Source of the DNA: Chrysomallon squamiferum
Lineage: Eukaryota; Animalia; Mollusca
Reading direction: 5' to 3'
Length of the DNA stretch: 64,000 bases
Assembly: GCA_012295275.1 (NCBI GenBank)
Contig: CM022673.1
Span: forward strand, 1,860,001 to 1,924,000
In this document: positions 1 through 16,335 of the stretch, piece after piece
Layout: each line of letters opens with the position of its first letter
Position numbering within the stretch: position 1 is the first letter of the stretch
The notes under the pieces: generated by a model
The model's input: only the letters and a program-made list of their open reading frames with translations
Told to the model about the DNA's origin: nothing
Databases searched by the model: none
Made by a program: the position numbers and the translations under genes

Positions 1-91
1 TAGAGATGGAAAACCAAATTCAGAACATGGCTAAGTTAGAGCGAACTGAAAACATAAACATAAGGGCAAGAGAAAAGGAAAAAATAAAGGA

Positions 92-93
92 AA

Positions 94-136
<43 letters not shown>

Positions 137-141
137 ACAAA

Positions 142-172
<31 letters not shown>

Positions 173-468
173 AAACAAACAAACAAATAAATAAACAAAC
201 AAATAAATAAAACAAACAAACAAATAAATAAACAAACAAACAAATAAATAAACAAACAAACAAATAAATAAACAAACAAATAAATAAATAAACAAACAAA
301 CAAACAAATAAATAAACAAACAAACAAACAAATAAATAAACAAACAAACAAATAAATAAACAAATAAATAAATAAATAAACAAACAAACAAACAAATAAA
401 TAAATAAATAAACAAATAAACAAATAAATAAATAGATAAATAAATAAATAAATAAATACATAAATAAA
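92..468. repeat. Mixed (AAAT)n/(AAAC)n tetranucleotide tract
   Basis: Direct reading. Source of the FIYL-type spurious ORFs. Confidence 0.95.
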
Positions 469-701
469 TGTTTTGTTTAGTGTAGGACTAACGTCAGGAA
501 GGACAGTATGTTTGATTTTATAATCAATGAACGTTTAATGACATATTTCATAAAACCCTTTTCTTTGAACATTCTAAAGGCCACGAAAGCATGTATTATT
601 TTTATAGTATGATAATATGAGAGAGGAAAGTGTCTTTTATTCTATGAAACTAAATGTGTTCTCATTACTGTTTTTGCTCTTATTATTTAAAACAGCAAGA
701 G

Positions 702-708
702 ACTACTG

Positions 709-741
<33 letters not shown>

Positions 742-825
742 TTATTACTACTGCTACTATTACTATTACTACTGCTATTACTACTACTACTACTACTACT
801 ACTGCTACTAGTACAACTGCTACTG
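702..825. repeat. (CTA/TTA)n trinucleotide tract
   Basis: Direct reading. Confidence 0.9.
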
Positions 826-1657
826 CTTTAAACGAAGGTGTTTGGGGAATATTTTGTTAAGGGGAGCAGATGGTTAATTTTCCCGAAATGTCCTACAGAA
901 AAGAACACAAATAAATATCGGTTTCATCTTGGTTTGTCTAAACTTTCCTCACGAATTGTCCAGATACTGGAACGGCAGTTGCCCATCTGAGTAGTTCGCC
1001 CATGGCTAAAAAATATCTTAGTCATCATATATCTGAAAATAATGTACCGTTGACCTCATTTATAGAAAGTTTAAATTTATGATAATATTCATAAAAAATC
1101 GTTTACGGGGGCGTCGATAATATTCCATTCCTTTTTCCAGGATTATTTTTTTCCAGGAAATGAGGGATATGAGATAAGCGACCAATCACGCTGGACGGTT
1201 AGAATTCCGGTTTGCCCCGAGGATGACATTTACCCTGATTCATCGTGCAGTTCCATTCTCTTAGTGCAAGACGACAAGAATTAGTGTCTTCTGAACTGTT
1301 TCCTATGAAGTATTAAGAGTTCAGAGTCGCTCGGTTCTGATTTTAACTTTTCTCTTCTCTATTTAGTCGTGCAATCAGAGTCATATTCAGAGTTTTATTA
1401 AAGGGACTTGAACGAAATGAAATGAAGCCGAGTCTTTTGACAATCACGTGCGATTACACAACGGTTTCTAATAGCGCGTCTTTAGAAACTTGTCTGAAAA
1501 AAATAATAGTTCGTAGATAATGGGCAAGTTAGCGGCGGTTATTCACATCAAAACATTTTTTTTTTTTTTTTTTTTTTTTTGCTACTAAAGAGAAATGATG
1601 TGAAGCAAGGATAAATAGAAATTTGGGTCATAAAAATAATTATATTGTCAGTTCAGG

Positions 1658-1762
<105 letters not shown>

Positions 1763-3209
1763 AAATTAAAAAAAAAAAAAAAAAAAAAATAAAATAAAAT
1801 AAAATAAAAATAAAAATACTATTAAATAAATAAAAGTAAGAAAAAATAAATCAAAACCCCAAATCAAACTAAACACAACAAACAAGTCACACAAATAAAT
1901 AAATTTCATTGTGAGGAGGCAACAATGTGTCCTTTCTAATTTTCTTCCCTTATTTTCTTGAAAGACTTTGAAAGAATTACGAAGAACATTTAAAAAAAAA
2001 AAAAAAAAAAAAAATGAAATCCTATTACGATCCCTCCCATTCAACGATCGGAGATTTTCTCCCAAATCGTTGACAAACATTCTTCTCGTTGAAGATGTGT
2101 CATTTTTCCGCACCACTGGCACGGTCTCCACCAGAGGGACGCATCATCTGCGAGCTAAATATAATCCAAATTAAACTTTGTAAAAATCTCTCTGCGATTC
2201 CATCCTTCTAGTGGCAATCAAATCCGATTTGTCATACAAAGTCTCCTCATTCTGTTATTCAAGGACTTTCTCGAAGACGGCGAGTTACGCAAGCATTTAA
2301 AAGCGCGAAGCTGCCACGACTGATTCAGAAAACTCGTATTCTGCATTCACCAGTGGTTATTAGTATTGACATGCTCGGCTCTTGTTTGACGAAAACCATC
2401 TAAGATCCAAGAAGACGCATTAAAAAATGGGTTTTTATTTCTGATCTGGAAATGAAACAGCGAAAATCCCGAGTTTTCAAGTTTATGGATTTCGAAATTT
2501 GAAAAGTTTACGAACATCATTTCGACGACAGCGGAGTGAAAAAGAAAAGAAAGATTTAATCATGGATTTCCATAAAAACATATTTTTACAAATGTATTCC
2601 TTGTTACTAGTCACTGATATTCTTTTTTGCTGATCCATAAATAAGATGCAAAAGTACAATTGCTTTTTTTTTGTTTGTTAATAAAATGTCGTATTCGATA
2701 GTAATTGTTTTTGGAACCCTTTCGTACATCAGCCATATATTGCTTTATGTGTGAGTGACTGTGTGTTGTGTGTGCAATAGAGATAGAAAGATAGAGAATG
2801 AGAGAGGTGACAAAAAGAGAGCCTTAAGAAAAAGGGAGATAATAAGAATGATATTTAGATAGTCGAAAGAGATTCGTAGATAGATAGAGAATATACATAG
2901 ACACAACATTTTTGAAAAATAAAAGGCTTTTTATTTCCTTCATGTTGACTGTCTTTGATATTTTGTGTATAAAAAAATATCGTGCTATATTATTCAATAT
3001 AACTTCAAGATTTTTTTTTCAAATACGACCCCTGATCATCTAGTAATCACATATATTATATCTGCTCAGCTCAGTATTCAGCTTTCGATTAGGCAACACT
3101 ATTTCTGAAACAAAAATAATAACAGCTGAAAGGTCTTATTTTTTTCTAATCGATTGTAGTCAGGTTGTTTTGTTTCGCCTATATATTACCTAACGACTGA
3201 GAAATATTT

Positions 3210-3660
<451 letters not shown>

Positions 3661-5017
3661 TTATCTATATATCTGTCTACGTATTTATCTTTCTTTCTTC
3701 TTTCTCTTTTTATTTCATTCCTTATTTCTTTACTTTCTTCTTTCAATCTTTATTTGATTCTCCTTCTTTTTTTTTTTTTTAATTCATACTCATACTCAAG
3801 ATCTTGAATAAATTTAGACTTTTATCATTTACGTCTCTCAGTTTGCTTTCTTTTTAATTATTTTTTTTTATTCTGGCTTTTAACTTTTCACATCACAGTT
3901 AACTTTATCAGATAAAAGCATGACATTTTATGTTAATATATGAGATTAGAAAACCAGTTTAAAATAGGAAAAAAAAAAATTAAAGAAAAAAAAAAACAAA
4001 AAACCCCCCAGCATTAACTGATCCTTGATCCATACCTTTTGATAATGATAAACCAAAGCATGAAACTCGCGAAAAATCACGTACACCTGATTAAAGACTG
4101 TTTTATTTTCGAGCAGGATATTTTTTTTTGTGCCTGGATTCGAGAATGTGTTATTGGAAATGGTCTTTGTGAAATTATAAATTGCAAGCAAGATGAATAA
4201 TATGTGAAAAATTCGAGTGAACGAACGAGGTATTGGTAAAGACAGAAAAAGAAGAAAAAGAAGAAGAAAAAAAAAGTTATAGAATTTCGCAAAACAGGTT
4301 TAGGGATTTTGAATACTGATTGTAGTGAAGATCCTCAAAGATTAAACCTTTCAGCGGAATTGGTATTTCAGCTGCCAAGACATTTAGATTATTCTCCGAC
4401 AGGGAACTCTAATTCTATCATTCTGCTTCGTGCCTGTTAATAAGATTACATGACTCAAGTGTGTAGAGAATTTCAACACATTAGTTGTATCATATCATGG
4501 TCTTTCTAGACGACGACCTCTTCAGATGATACAGATCATTATGATGCAATGATGACGACGATAACAACAAAGAAATGGAAATTAAAACGGTGTGAATTAT
4601 GCAATAGATGAACTTGCTTGAGATAATGTTATTACATTATGAAAAAAGAAAAAGGATCAGAGTCTTCAAATCATGAAAAACACGAAACGAAACAGATGAA
4701 GTAAGGAAAAGCAGACAAAAGTAAAAAATCAATGAGAACAGAATTGAAAACTGATTATTTACTGTTCATAAATTAATCAACCAAAAAAAAAAAAAAAAAA
4801 AAAATTAAATAAACAAAAATAAATAAATAAATAAAAATAATAATAAAATATAAAATAAATAAATAATTGAATTACTACTTGCTTTACGTTTTTTTTTCTT
4901 TCTTATTTTTCATTTTTTTATTCCGAATGATTGAAGTATGACAGTTTCTATTCGAGTTTATTTCTCTCTCCTTCTTTCCCTTCCTGCTTCTTTCATTCTA
5001 TCTCGCTATCTAACTTA

Positions 5018-5064
<47 letters not shown>

Positions 5065-5859
5065 TTAAATAAAACACTTCATTATTAATTAAATCGCCTA
5101 CAAATTTACACTTCTCAATCCTTTAATATAACTGCAAATAATATCAGATCTCTCTATCTGTGACAAAGTCATTTATCACTTACTTAATTCTGACACATAA
5201 CTGATTTTTCTAATCTCTCAAATTAAAAACCAGTATTCGCTATTTTAGAACGTACTACGTCCAGACGAAAACGGATCGATATGTATTAACTTATAAAAGT
5301 AGACAGCGAAAAAAAAGAAATTAGGAATGGAAATAGACACTGGTGTTACTGAAAACATCAAATGGAAAAATAAAAAGCATCCGGTACGATAGTGTATTCT
5401 GATAAAAACATTAACGCTGAAAAAAAGTATTAGATAACTTTCACATAATGTTCAGAAATAAATAAATAAATAAATAAATAAATATACGATATTGTAATAA
5501 ACTTTTTAAACAGCACAAGGAAATGATTACATTTATAAAATATCCATGTACATCACGGAAAAAATCGTTAGAATCGGAAATGATGCAATATTTTTAATAT
5601 CACTTGCTATTGTGGAAACTAATAAAAATGATATATATGTATATATATTTGTGTATGTATTTATTATTAATATTATTTACAATAATGGAAAGAATTAGAA
5701 ATAATGCACTTTTATTTTCACAACTGCAAGAATGGTAAAATATTAATGCCTGTTGCGTGAATGACAATCACCAGTCACCCAGCCTGGGTCAAATTTCCAA
5801 AGATCAAATCACATGGAAAACAAATCATGAGCCATGATCTACTCGTGTTTCAACACGAA

Positions 5860-5876
5860 ATAATAATAATAATTAC

Positions 5877-5944
<68 letters not shown>

Positions 5945-6180
5945 CACTAACAACAACAATAATAATAATAATAAAAACACTAACAATAATACTAATAATA
6001 ACAATACTACTACTACCATTACTACTACTACTACTACTAGTAATAATAATAATAATAAAAACACTAACAACAACAATAATAATAATAATAAAAACACTAA
6101 CAATAATACTAATAATAACAATACTACTACTACCATTACTACTCTTACTAGTAATAATAATAATAATCATAATAATAATA
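5860..6180. repeat. (AAT)n microsatellite with a 117-bp higher-order duplication
   Basis: The AAAACACTAACAACAACAAT...CTACCATTACTAC block recurs at 5941 and 6058. Confidence 0.9.
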
Positions 6181-7444
6181 AAATTAACCCAGAAGTTTAA
6201 TACTTTTTTCAGTTTATAGTTCATTTAGGCTTTTCGTGGAAACATAGAAAAATAATAATAAAAAGATTTTTTTAAGCTAGCAATTATTTTTTTTTCCTAA
6301 TTAACATGAATGTATCATATTGTAAATTGTATAAATCTATATTACGCAATAGATACACTAAAAAAAAAAGAAAGAAAGAAAAAACAAATTAATAATAATC
6401 GGTTTTGTACATTTAAGCTTTAAGCAGTTTTGATTAATTCCAAGTAAATATTTAATGCTGCGAAATGAAAACTGGTTTTGAAAATGTGACATGAATAATT
6501 CATTTTATTTGAAAGAAAAAAACTGAAAACAAAATAAATGATTCCGATAATTTAAACTAAATAATAATAATAATAAAACAAATATATGTATATTCCTTTT
6601 ATTATTATTATTTAGCTATATATATATATATAAATTTTAAAAAAAGAAGTAGAAAATGAACAAAGAAACTAGCGAAACAAGAAGATAGCTAAACAAAATA
6701 CTGTTATGGCAAGGAAAAACAGTAAAAAATTAAAAAAATCCCCCAAAAACAATGACAGACAAGGTATGATGACAATTTAGTTATTTTTTAAAAAGGTAAA
6801 ATCTTCGTTAACATTATAATTCAGTAACACAGTCTTCGTTGCTTGCTGTCTATAACGGGCACACTTTAGAATCTCCTCACAATGCATTGTTTTAAATATT
6901 AGAACTCTGTATTCCAACAACCTGTCTATAACAGCCACTTAGCCTGATACCTAGAGTTATCGTTCTGAACAGGTTAGACTGTATTTGTCTTTTATGTTTA
7001 ACAGAAAACATTGTTATCTCTTTACAGCTTTAGTTTCTTTTTTTGTAATCACCAATATCTCTGATCCTTTTTTTATAATCAAATATTGTGTCTAATTGTT
7101 ATATTCACATATTATTTATTGCTGGTCACGTTTAAAGTGTTATGTAAGTAATTATCTTTATCAGTGTTCAATATTAATTGTTGATTATTTAGTTTTTCTG
7201 TCTGAGAAACGGACTAGTCGGAGACTCGAGTGTTTGTGAAGATAGCGAAACATTCATTTACAGACACGTTTAACATTTGCAATAACAAATACATATGTCT
7301 TTTATAAACATTTTATATAGTTTTCTAAGATACTATCAATCAACAAAAGAATCATTTATAAATAAAGTGTACAAAAATGTATATAGATAGAATAGATAAA
7401 ATGTTATTGTTTATGATTATCTTTTTCTCTCAAGTTTCCTCTTT

Positions 7445-7447
<3 letters not shown>

Positions 7448-7535
<88 letters not shown>

Positions 7536-7569
7536 CATACATACATGCATACATACATACATACATATA

Positions 7570-7614
<45 letters not shown>
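7448..7614. repeat. Compound microsatellite (TC)n-(TA)n-(TACA)n-(CA)n
   Basis: Direct reading. Confidence 0.95.
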
Positions 7615-7616
<2 letters not shown>

Positions 7617-9485
7617 TCTATAAGAAAGCAAATGCACAGAACGTATACATTGATAAACAGTAAAGTGTGACTGCGGGTTTCCACTCTAATCTCATGATAT
7701 AAAAAAAAAAAAAAACATGATCCCAACAGTCATTCACAGAAAGGTTGCTAAGATGTATTTAAACATTCATTATTTCACTAATTCTACACATAAATATCAA
7801 ACAATACTGCATTTGTTATGCTCTGCAAGCGAAACCAGTTCAGTCAAAGAGACACTCTGATGGCGGGTTGTATTCTATGGGCAGTCACTGGACAGAAATA
7901 ACTTATTTTCCATCTATCAAAGCAAAGGCTAACTGGTCAAGGACTTATCACAGCATGTCTGGAGAGGTAGTAATTAAGTGGGATTTAAAGAATTTACGAA
8001 ATTCGTGATTGGAATCCACGATAACCATTTCTTACAGACCGATTGCAAGAAATATTTTAATATACGTCTTTCGTGGACAATCAAATCTACAAGTACAGCA
8101 ATCATTTGATGTACCAGAAACTTAACTGTCCTGTCTGGAGAAACAAATCTTTATGACTCGATATAGCCACGACTGACTGTACATTCTTAATGCTTTATGC
8201 ATTTGTACTGGCAGTTTCTTAGAGTAAACTTAATTTATTCCTCTTTAAGAGAAATGTCTCAGTTCGATCGTACAAGCTATAGTACCTCGTGCGAATGAGT
8301 TACAACTCATTTCTGAGACCACAGCAATTTTTGTTAACAGTCATGTCGAGGAGATTTGATCTCGTGAACCCGAGTGCACCGTCAGAGAAAACTTGGGCCT
8401 GCGTGTCTCTGACAAAGCATAGCTGACTGCATAATGTATTGTTATGTGACTGCAAGGACCCTCGTGAAAAGCTTTGATCCTTCGACCCTCGGGCCTTCAG
8501 CGAAGTCTATTACATTCATTTCTGAGAGTAAACAAAATTCTCATAATTTCTCAGAACTGCATCGACTGTGATCTGAAGTCTCGTAAACAAATACTGTTAT
8601 GAATAGACACTGTCACTTTCTATAAATGGCTCGTGCAATAAAATTACAACTGAAATATGAAAATGGATAAAACATTTCGGGGCGAATTCTGCAGGAAAGC
8701 TCTTAACTATTAGCGTCAACTCGACTGTTGACTACCAGCATGACTATGAATTAATCAACTCATTTCACGGGATTTTCGCTTCTTTTTTTTTTTTTTTTGC
8801 TTTTTTTTCGCTTTTTTTTTTTCGAAAATTAATCCAGTACACACAAATGAAAACGATAATAACCATTTGTACAGCTAAAGACGCGATTAACCACCGAACC
8901 GTGGTGAATACCTACTTGAAAGGAAACGAGTAATGTTAAGTAAACAAGTCTGCAAAGCGAAACGTCGTGTCCTGTGAGAGAAACGTGAGTTACAAATCAA
9001 ATTATTATCGATTCTTGATCTTCATTCTGTTGAGAATAATAACAGAAAGGGTTAACACAGCCACACAGCAGATTGTCAGCACATCCCATAGTTTCAATAA
9101 TATCATCAGCGCATCAAATTAAGACGTCGCTCAAGTTTTCTGTCAATATTGAGACTGAAAATAATCTAAAACCAACACAGAATATACGTATCCCATCGGA
9201 GAAATGGATGATATCGGTTTGCTGTTGCTAATGCCAGCTTCATGATGGGCAGATAGCGATTTCTAAAGATATTTTTCAAATTTTTTTTTTTTTTTTTGTT
9301 TTGTATCGTTCATTCAGTTTTTATCTTCATATATTTATCTGATATTACTTCCTTTACCCATGCTTGAAATTACACAAACATTTAATTTAATGAGTAAAAT
9401 TATTATTAAGTTGGAAAGTTTGTAAATAATATTTTATAATTTCAATATTTAAAATGTTGTGATATATGATTCATTGTCCATGATA

Positions 9486-9611
<126 letters not shown>

Positions 9612-10339
9612 AACACAGAAACCACACTTAATGCACATTCTTCAAGCATTAAATGATTAAAAACATATATATAGATATATATATCTATATATATATATTT
9701 ACTGATAATCTATCATAATTTCTACTTGCAATGGCTCATTCTCTTTTATATCGTCTTTTACACAATTAATTACTGTGCGCATCAGAAGAAACGTAAATAA
9801 ACCGTCTGTCTACGACTCTGTATTTGTGAGAGTAAAAAAAAAAAAAAAAAACCCGTGCATTTACCATTATGTGTTATTGGAATGACATTAGTAGTTCGGT
9901 ATGAGAAAGGCACACATCTGACGAACGGAATCAACGAGATGACCCAGCCAGTAAAACGGGCCACTTCTTCATGTCGATCAACTCCGCCTGACGCCTGGAT
10001 TAATAACGAATTATTGGATGTAACGAAGCAGCAACTTTCTTATCTGCAGGTCAGCCACACTCGCATAATCAAACCTGAAGCCCTGGACACGCTGGCTGCT
10101 CTCAGCTCAAACACTCCGTGTAAGAAACGACACGCTGCTGTGTGTATTAATATATCTATCTGCAGATATTAACTCTTTTAAAAATAAAAAAAAAAAAAAA
10201 ATAATAAGGCCTGCAATATTTTAACCACTGTTGTTTTAATATGAAAGCATGATATTGTACTAATATAAATGATAAAATAGATTTTAAAAAATACCCCACA
10301 CAACAACAAACAACTTAATATATATCTATATATCTATAC

Positions 10340-10382
<43 letters not shown>

Positions 10383-12494
10383 TATAGATATAGATAGATA
10401 GATATAGATATATATAGATAGATAGATAGATATTTATATAGATATAGACAGATAGATATAATGACATAAGAATAAAACAACTTGACATTCCATATAAACA
10501 GATATATTTCAAATGACAAAAGTTTTATTAACTCTTCTCTTTCATATAGCAGAGAGCTGGTAATTTCACTTTTAGAAGCAAGGGATCTTACCGTAGGCAC
10601 GATAGAACATACAAATATTTTTCAAATATCATATTTCATTTCATTTTTAAATATATAATGCCAATTATGGGTAAAAATATTTTATAGATGGCTTCTTTAA
10701 CTATATGCCTAAGAGTGATTGAGTGATGATGATGATGATAATGATATTCATAATAATAATAATCATAATAATCATAATAATCATAATAATCATAATAATA
10801 ATATTAATAATACTAATACTACTACTACTAATAATAACATTAACAATATCTTTCTTGAATGTTATTCCTAAGACGTAGTATATAATTTAAATATTTCCTG
10901 TGCTTAAAAGAAAAAGAAAAAAAGTTTTCGTAAGCTACAAATACTATTAAATGTATCGCATGGCTTGCTTTCGGATAGTTCCGTTATCCTAAGCCGACGT
11001 TGTAAGGAAAAGCCGGGATTACATCGGATCAAATCGCATTCATTCGGAATTGCTCGCCTCACTTGCGACGCCTTCGTAAATGCAGGCTCGCAGGTACTCG
11101 TACGAACAGTTCATCTCAATTGTAGTGGTAAGACTTCCGCTTTCCGGAATTTCACGGAATTAGTCTCTCGCGGATTATTATCACAGTCAGCTACGGACGC
11201 GTTCTCTGCGGCGTATTTTTACCAGTGAAAGAATGTTCAGAATGATTACCCAAGCAGTTTGGTAGAAGTTATATTTAGAGTTATTGTGATCTAGGGGCCT
11301 GCATTTATGAAGTTATCGCCAATAAATTTGAGTGCGTACGTATGTATTTTATTACGTGTAAAAAATAATAGGTTCTCTAACCAAGATTATTCTTTCGTTT
11401 ATTGTAAAAAGAAGTAATTGGAAAGCAAGTGGTTTTATTTTCGTCGAATTCCTGTACATTTTGGGACAATATCTGGTGTCTTCAAACGTCTTATTAATAT
11501 TTACTGAGAAAGTTCCCGTTCTACCAGGGTCATAAAAGAATATGTGGAGCTGGGTGGAGAGACACGGGTGGAGGGGCTAGAGGGATATGGAGGGATAGTG
11601 AGTTTGGTGGGAGAGAGGGTAGAAGGACACGGAGGGTTAGACGGACGTGGAGGGAGGGAGGGTGAATAAATAGTTAGCCCTTCGGTAATTTACGAAGTAA
11701 TAATTCTTCATGATCAAAAATTATTTTCTCAATATTCATGACACCTTATTGCTCCATTTCTTGTTAAAATAGTTATAGCTTTGCTTTAACGACACTCCAG
11801 CCACATTTTTAATCACAGTGTTTAGATTTATATTCCAATGGAGAAGCGAAATCGTGTGAAACTGTCGTAAAACTCATGTCTTGATTAAATCTCTCGATTT
11901 GATCTGATAAATTCAAAGCATAAAATCTTGATGAATTTCACTCCGTAACGTAACGTTTTTTTCCTCAGAAGTGCATGTTTCAACTAATTTTGACAAAACA
12001 TAATGCGGGTCCTATACTCTCGATATTTGTTTTTTTTGTTGTAAAGTTCGCAACACAAAGCTATGGATATTGCTTAACAATGTTGTTGGTATTAAAAGTT
12101 GACGCGTTTATTATGAACAGTATTACTGGTATAAAAACTTTACAGTTAATTTTGGATTTTATATTTAGGCACAAATTCATATCCTTTTCTGATCGCTGAT
12201 GATATTAATGTAGTATTTAACAGTTTTATTTTAAAAACGTATTTGTTGTGACAGCTCACCAATATGGTTGATTGTTAATTTTCCACTTACTTGATAAGCA
12301 GATTAGATTATAATTAAATTCCAGATGTATCTTCATCCACTGAATTAAAATTATTTTTTATTAAATAAAATTATTTTACAGTCTAATATATTAATTGTCT
12401 TGTGCAAACAATTCCAGAATCAATATTTTTCTTCCTTCTATTTCATAATTGTTCTTTTTCTGTGTTTAAACTATTAACACACTCAACAGTAAGT

Positions 12495-12643
12495 TTTCGT
12501 GCAGAATCAACGCCTAATGGTTGGTTTATGAAAGGCTCAATGTTATTCCCACTCAGTGCTTCTCTAGTGACTAATCAAACGATTTGGTATGTGCTTCCCT
12601 GTATGTCTGTGCAATGTGCTTATAATCGTAGAATAAAAAAATA
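12495..12643 (+). mobile_element. Dispersed repeat, copy A (~150 bp; probable non-autonomous TE fragment)
   Basis: About 90% identical by hand alignment to the reverse complement of 49573-49726. Ends in an A-rich run. Confidence 0.75.
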
Positions 12644-12803
12644 CGTGACGCATACCATTAAATAAATGATTAACTCTTCTTTTCTTTCCTTCGTTTACTT
12701 ATATCCCACTTCCTTATATCAAGCAATATTCACTTATTATATTTCTAAAAGTCGTATTCGCTTTTTCATTGTTGGTGGGCATACTTGTGTGTATATAGGT
12801 GTG

Positions 12804-12961
<158 letters not shown>

Positions 12962-13313
12962 ATATAATATAATATACAGACTATCTGCCTTCGCCTGTTA
13001 AGTGAAATGGTTTATCCCCGCCAGCTGCAATACGTCATTCTGTTATTAAACGGTCCGGCTCCGTCAAAGTGTATGACACAAGACTTATACATCTTCCGAT
13101 GTTTGGCGTCGCAAGCCGCGGCAAGTTTCTCTTGCTTCCAACGGCCTGGAAAACCCGATTCTCTGCCGGTCCATTCAGCATTAGCATCGGAGATCAATCT
13201 TCGATAGAAACTCATTTCACAAGATTGTCAGGCGGAGTTATTAAGCCGCTACAAATCAAACCTGTGGAAAATCGGTTTGTCACCGCTCCTCTGTGCAGTT
13301 GTTACCATTTCTA

Positions 13314-13352
<39 letters not shown>

Positions 13353-14551
13353 CTCTCTGCTGTAAGTGGAAAGTTACGTGATTAATGTTTTTAAATCTTG
13401 ACATGTGTCACGCGTGTAAAAAGTGTATGCAGATGTCTTTGATTTCAGTCAGTGTCACTTTGGGTTAAAGTTTTGATTCTTGAATTTTTTTTTCAACAGC
13501 TTGTAGTCGTTTGACGAAACTAAATGATGTTATTTCGCTTAAGAAAGAAGTGTATGTCTGTGTGTGTGTGTGTGCGTAGGCGCGCGCACGCGCGTTGCGT
13601 TGCGTTAAATATATACATGCACGTACAGAATTATTTAAACAATTAAATATTATTTCGCTTTGGTAGAATATCTTTATTTTTGTTTAATTTACATGGTCAA
13701 ATTATCTTTAATCTTCAGAAGTCACAAGTACTTTCTATACTTGATACTTTTATACAACATTACGTAATTAACTGATACATTTCAAATGACAGAACTTTTA
13801 TTAACATACCTCTCTCATGAAGGAAACCGTTTTTTTCACATTCCAACCTCGTTTCCTCGTTACATTTCGTTCTCACGGTAACTATGATTCGTCCAGTAAG
13901 CTGACAGTTACTGCGGTTTACGCCTTGGCGAGTTATGAGCTCTGATAAGGAAAGATAAACTAACAAAGTGTAAAGGATTCCTCGTTAAACTGAGCAAGGA
14001 CAGCGTATTAAAATTTTACATGTTAACGTTTACTGCAAATCACTCGTAGAATGCAATAAAAGGAGACAAATAGGATAGTGTTAATGGTTGATGATTAAAG
14101 TGTAATTGTAGTTACACGATGATTCTGTTTAATCGTACACACTTTTAACATATAAAACTACCTCCTGACTCTGAGTTTGGCATGGGAATGGGGAAGAAGC
14201 AAAGCAAATCAATTTTGCAGGTTTGTATGTTTACTGATCAAACAAAAACAAGAAGAAGAAGTAAAAGGACCTGCACTAACAACATTATGAACAACAACAA
14301 CAATAAAAGTAATAGTAATAATACTAATAAAGAAATAAATAAATTAAAATTAAAATTAAAATTGGGTTGAGCAATGTCAAGAAATGCTTATGACAATAAA
14401 AATGAAACCAATTTTCTTTAATACAAGAGATATTTTATAAAAAGCTGCAATAAAAAAAAAAAAAAAATTTGGTTGACCTCTACATCCATTATAGCACTGG
14501 GTATACGAGCTACAAAGTACATGTCATTCAATAACACATATAAATTTACTT

Positions 14552-14585
<34 letters not shown>

Positions 14586-16266
14586 AGAAAGAATTATTGT
14601 CTGTTGCTGGGACATTTAAATCCAATTTCCAAAGAAAATTGCTTTGCAACTTTCTTAATTTTTCTGTCCATTGCATGAGCTCCGCGAGGATACACCAGCG
14701 ACCATGTCAATGCAATAATCCACGAAGTAAACTCGTTTTCAGCACACGTTGCGAAGATTATTTAGTTTCAAACTCCGTCGAGATTTGCATAGCAGATCGC
14801 TTGTTTGTACGAAATGTTTTGCAAAAGTCAATCAGGACTGTCATTTCCTTCCACGCTTTAATGTCAGGGCGAAATGGCGTGGAGCTATAAAGACCTTTTA
14901 TTTTCCACGCAGATTCGTTGACAGTTCAGGTTTTTGCCAGGCGAGGATCAATCCGTTGCAGCCAGCAGTTGGACATGTACAGTGGCGAACTGCGAGAATT
15001 AGTTAGTGAAGAATTGATTAAACTGCTACGCGTTGCGGTGACTCCTACTGTGCCAAACTTTCGAGGTGACATCAGGAAGTCCTGGAGGATTCAGCGGCGA
15101 AATGAAACATCGCCTCATTTGCAGCCGGTTTTGTGAACCAAAAGGTGCAAAAAAAAAAAAAAAAAAAAAATAAAGAAATGTTCATGGTTTTGTATGATCT
15201 CGATGATGTTAAGAGTAAAATGATGCAAGAAATTAGTGGAAGAAGTTATCACATGATTTATTACATGACGGTGTTGGCTTTTTTTTTTTTTTTTTTTTTT
15301 TTTTGTCACCTTAACTTGGCTGTCAACTTAATTATGACGAGAGATTTTTGGCAGAATTCCAAATGTAATAACATAAAAGTAAGAAGGAAAAAAGAAAAAA
15401 AAAGCTCGCGTCTTTGATACAAAATAAAGCACTGAAAGAAAATAACAATAACAATAATAAAATAATAATAATAAAGAAAATAATAATAAATAAATTTAAA
15501 AACAAAATAATAATAAAAAAAAAGTCTTCAAGCAACGGTGAAGAATACATATAATTATAAAGACAAAAAAATAAAAAAAATAAAAAATGAACTCGGTAAC
15601 ACGTACGTTTTACAAAATATGATGAAAACAACAATTTATTTCCGCAGCAAAAAAAAAATAAATAAATAAATAAAAATAAAAATAAAAAAAATCTGCTGCA
15701 GTAAAATTAGTTGAAAAATATAAACAAAATATCGTTCATGATATTTCACTTTCTATTAATTTTTTATTCGAATTCGCTTTATATTATTATTATCATCACT
15801 ATAAAAGTTCATATGAAAAGGAATTCCAAGAAGAAATTTAAAAATAACTTTACAGGTTATTAAACTTCAGGAATCATGGCCTACATTTCGGAAACTAAGA
15901 ACAAAATAACGTTACGTATATTACAAATATAGGTTTTCTCTTCTCGTAATATCACTGTAAGCTTTCCATTGAAGAAAGTTTAATTTACATTAACAAATAT
16001 TCTTGAGGTTGACGTCCTTAATCAAGAACAAGAGTAATAATATCATGCTTTTAGTTTATTAAAGTAGGACATAGAAATGATTATATATTAAAAACAAATT
16101 TAGTTTACCCTACGTAAAATGTAGAAAATATATTGTCTATTATTGTCTTTTTTAATTTATTTATTAAGCTTTTCACTTTTTATATAAAACTAGTACATAA
16201 AACCTCAGAAGATTATTGTTTTTGACAAAAGAACAGAGATAAAAAAGAGAGAGAATGAAGACAGAC

Positions 16267-16335
<69 letters not shown>

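Noticed and set aside
14678-14695. REST/RE1-like TTCAGCAC half site
   Set aside because: The second half site is absent, and an 8-mer is expected by chance.
13007-15136. Complex-sequence ORFs at 13.0-13.4 kb and 14.6-15.1 kb as GABA-B exon 2
   Set aside because: No translation resembles the expected Venus flytrap continuation. They are more likely non-coding islands.
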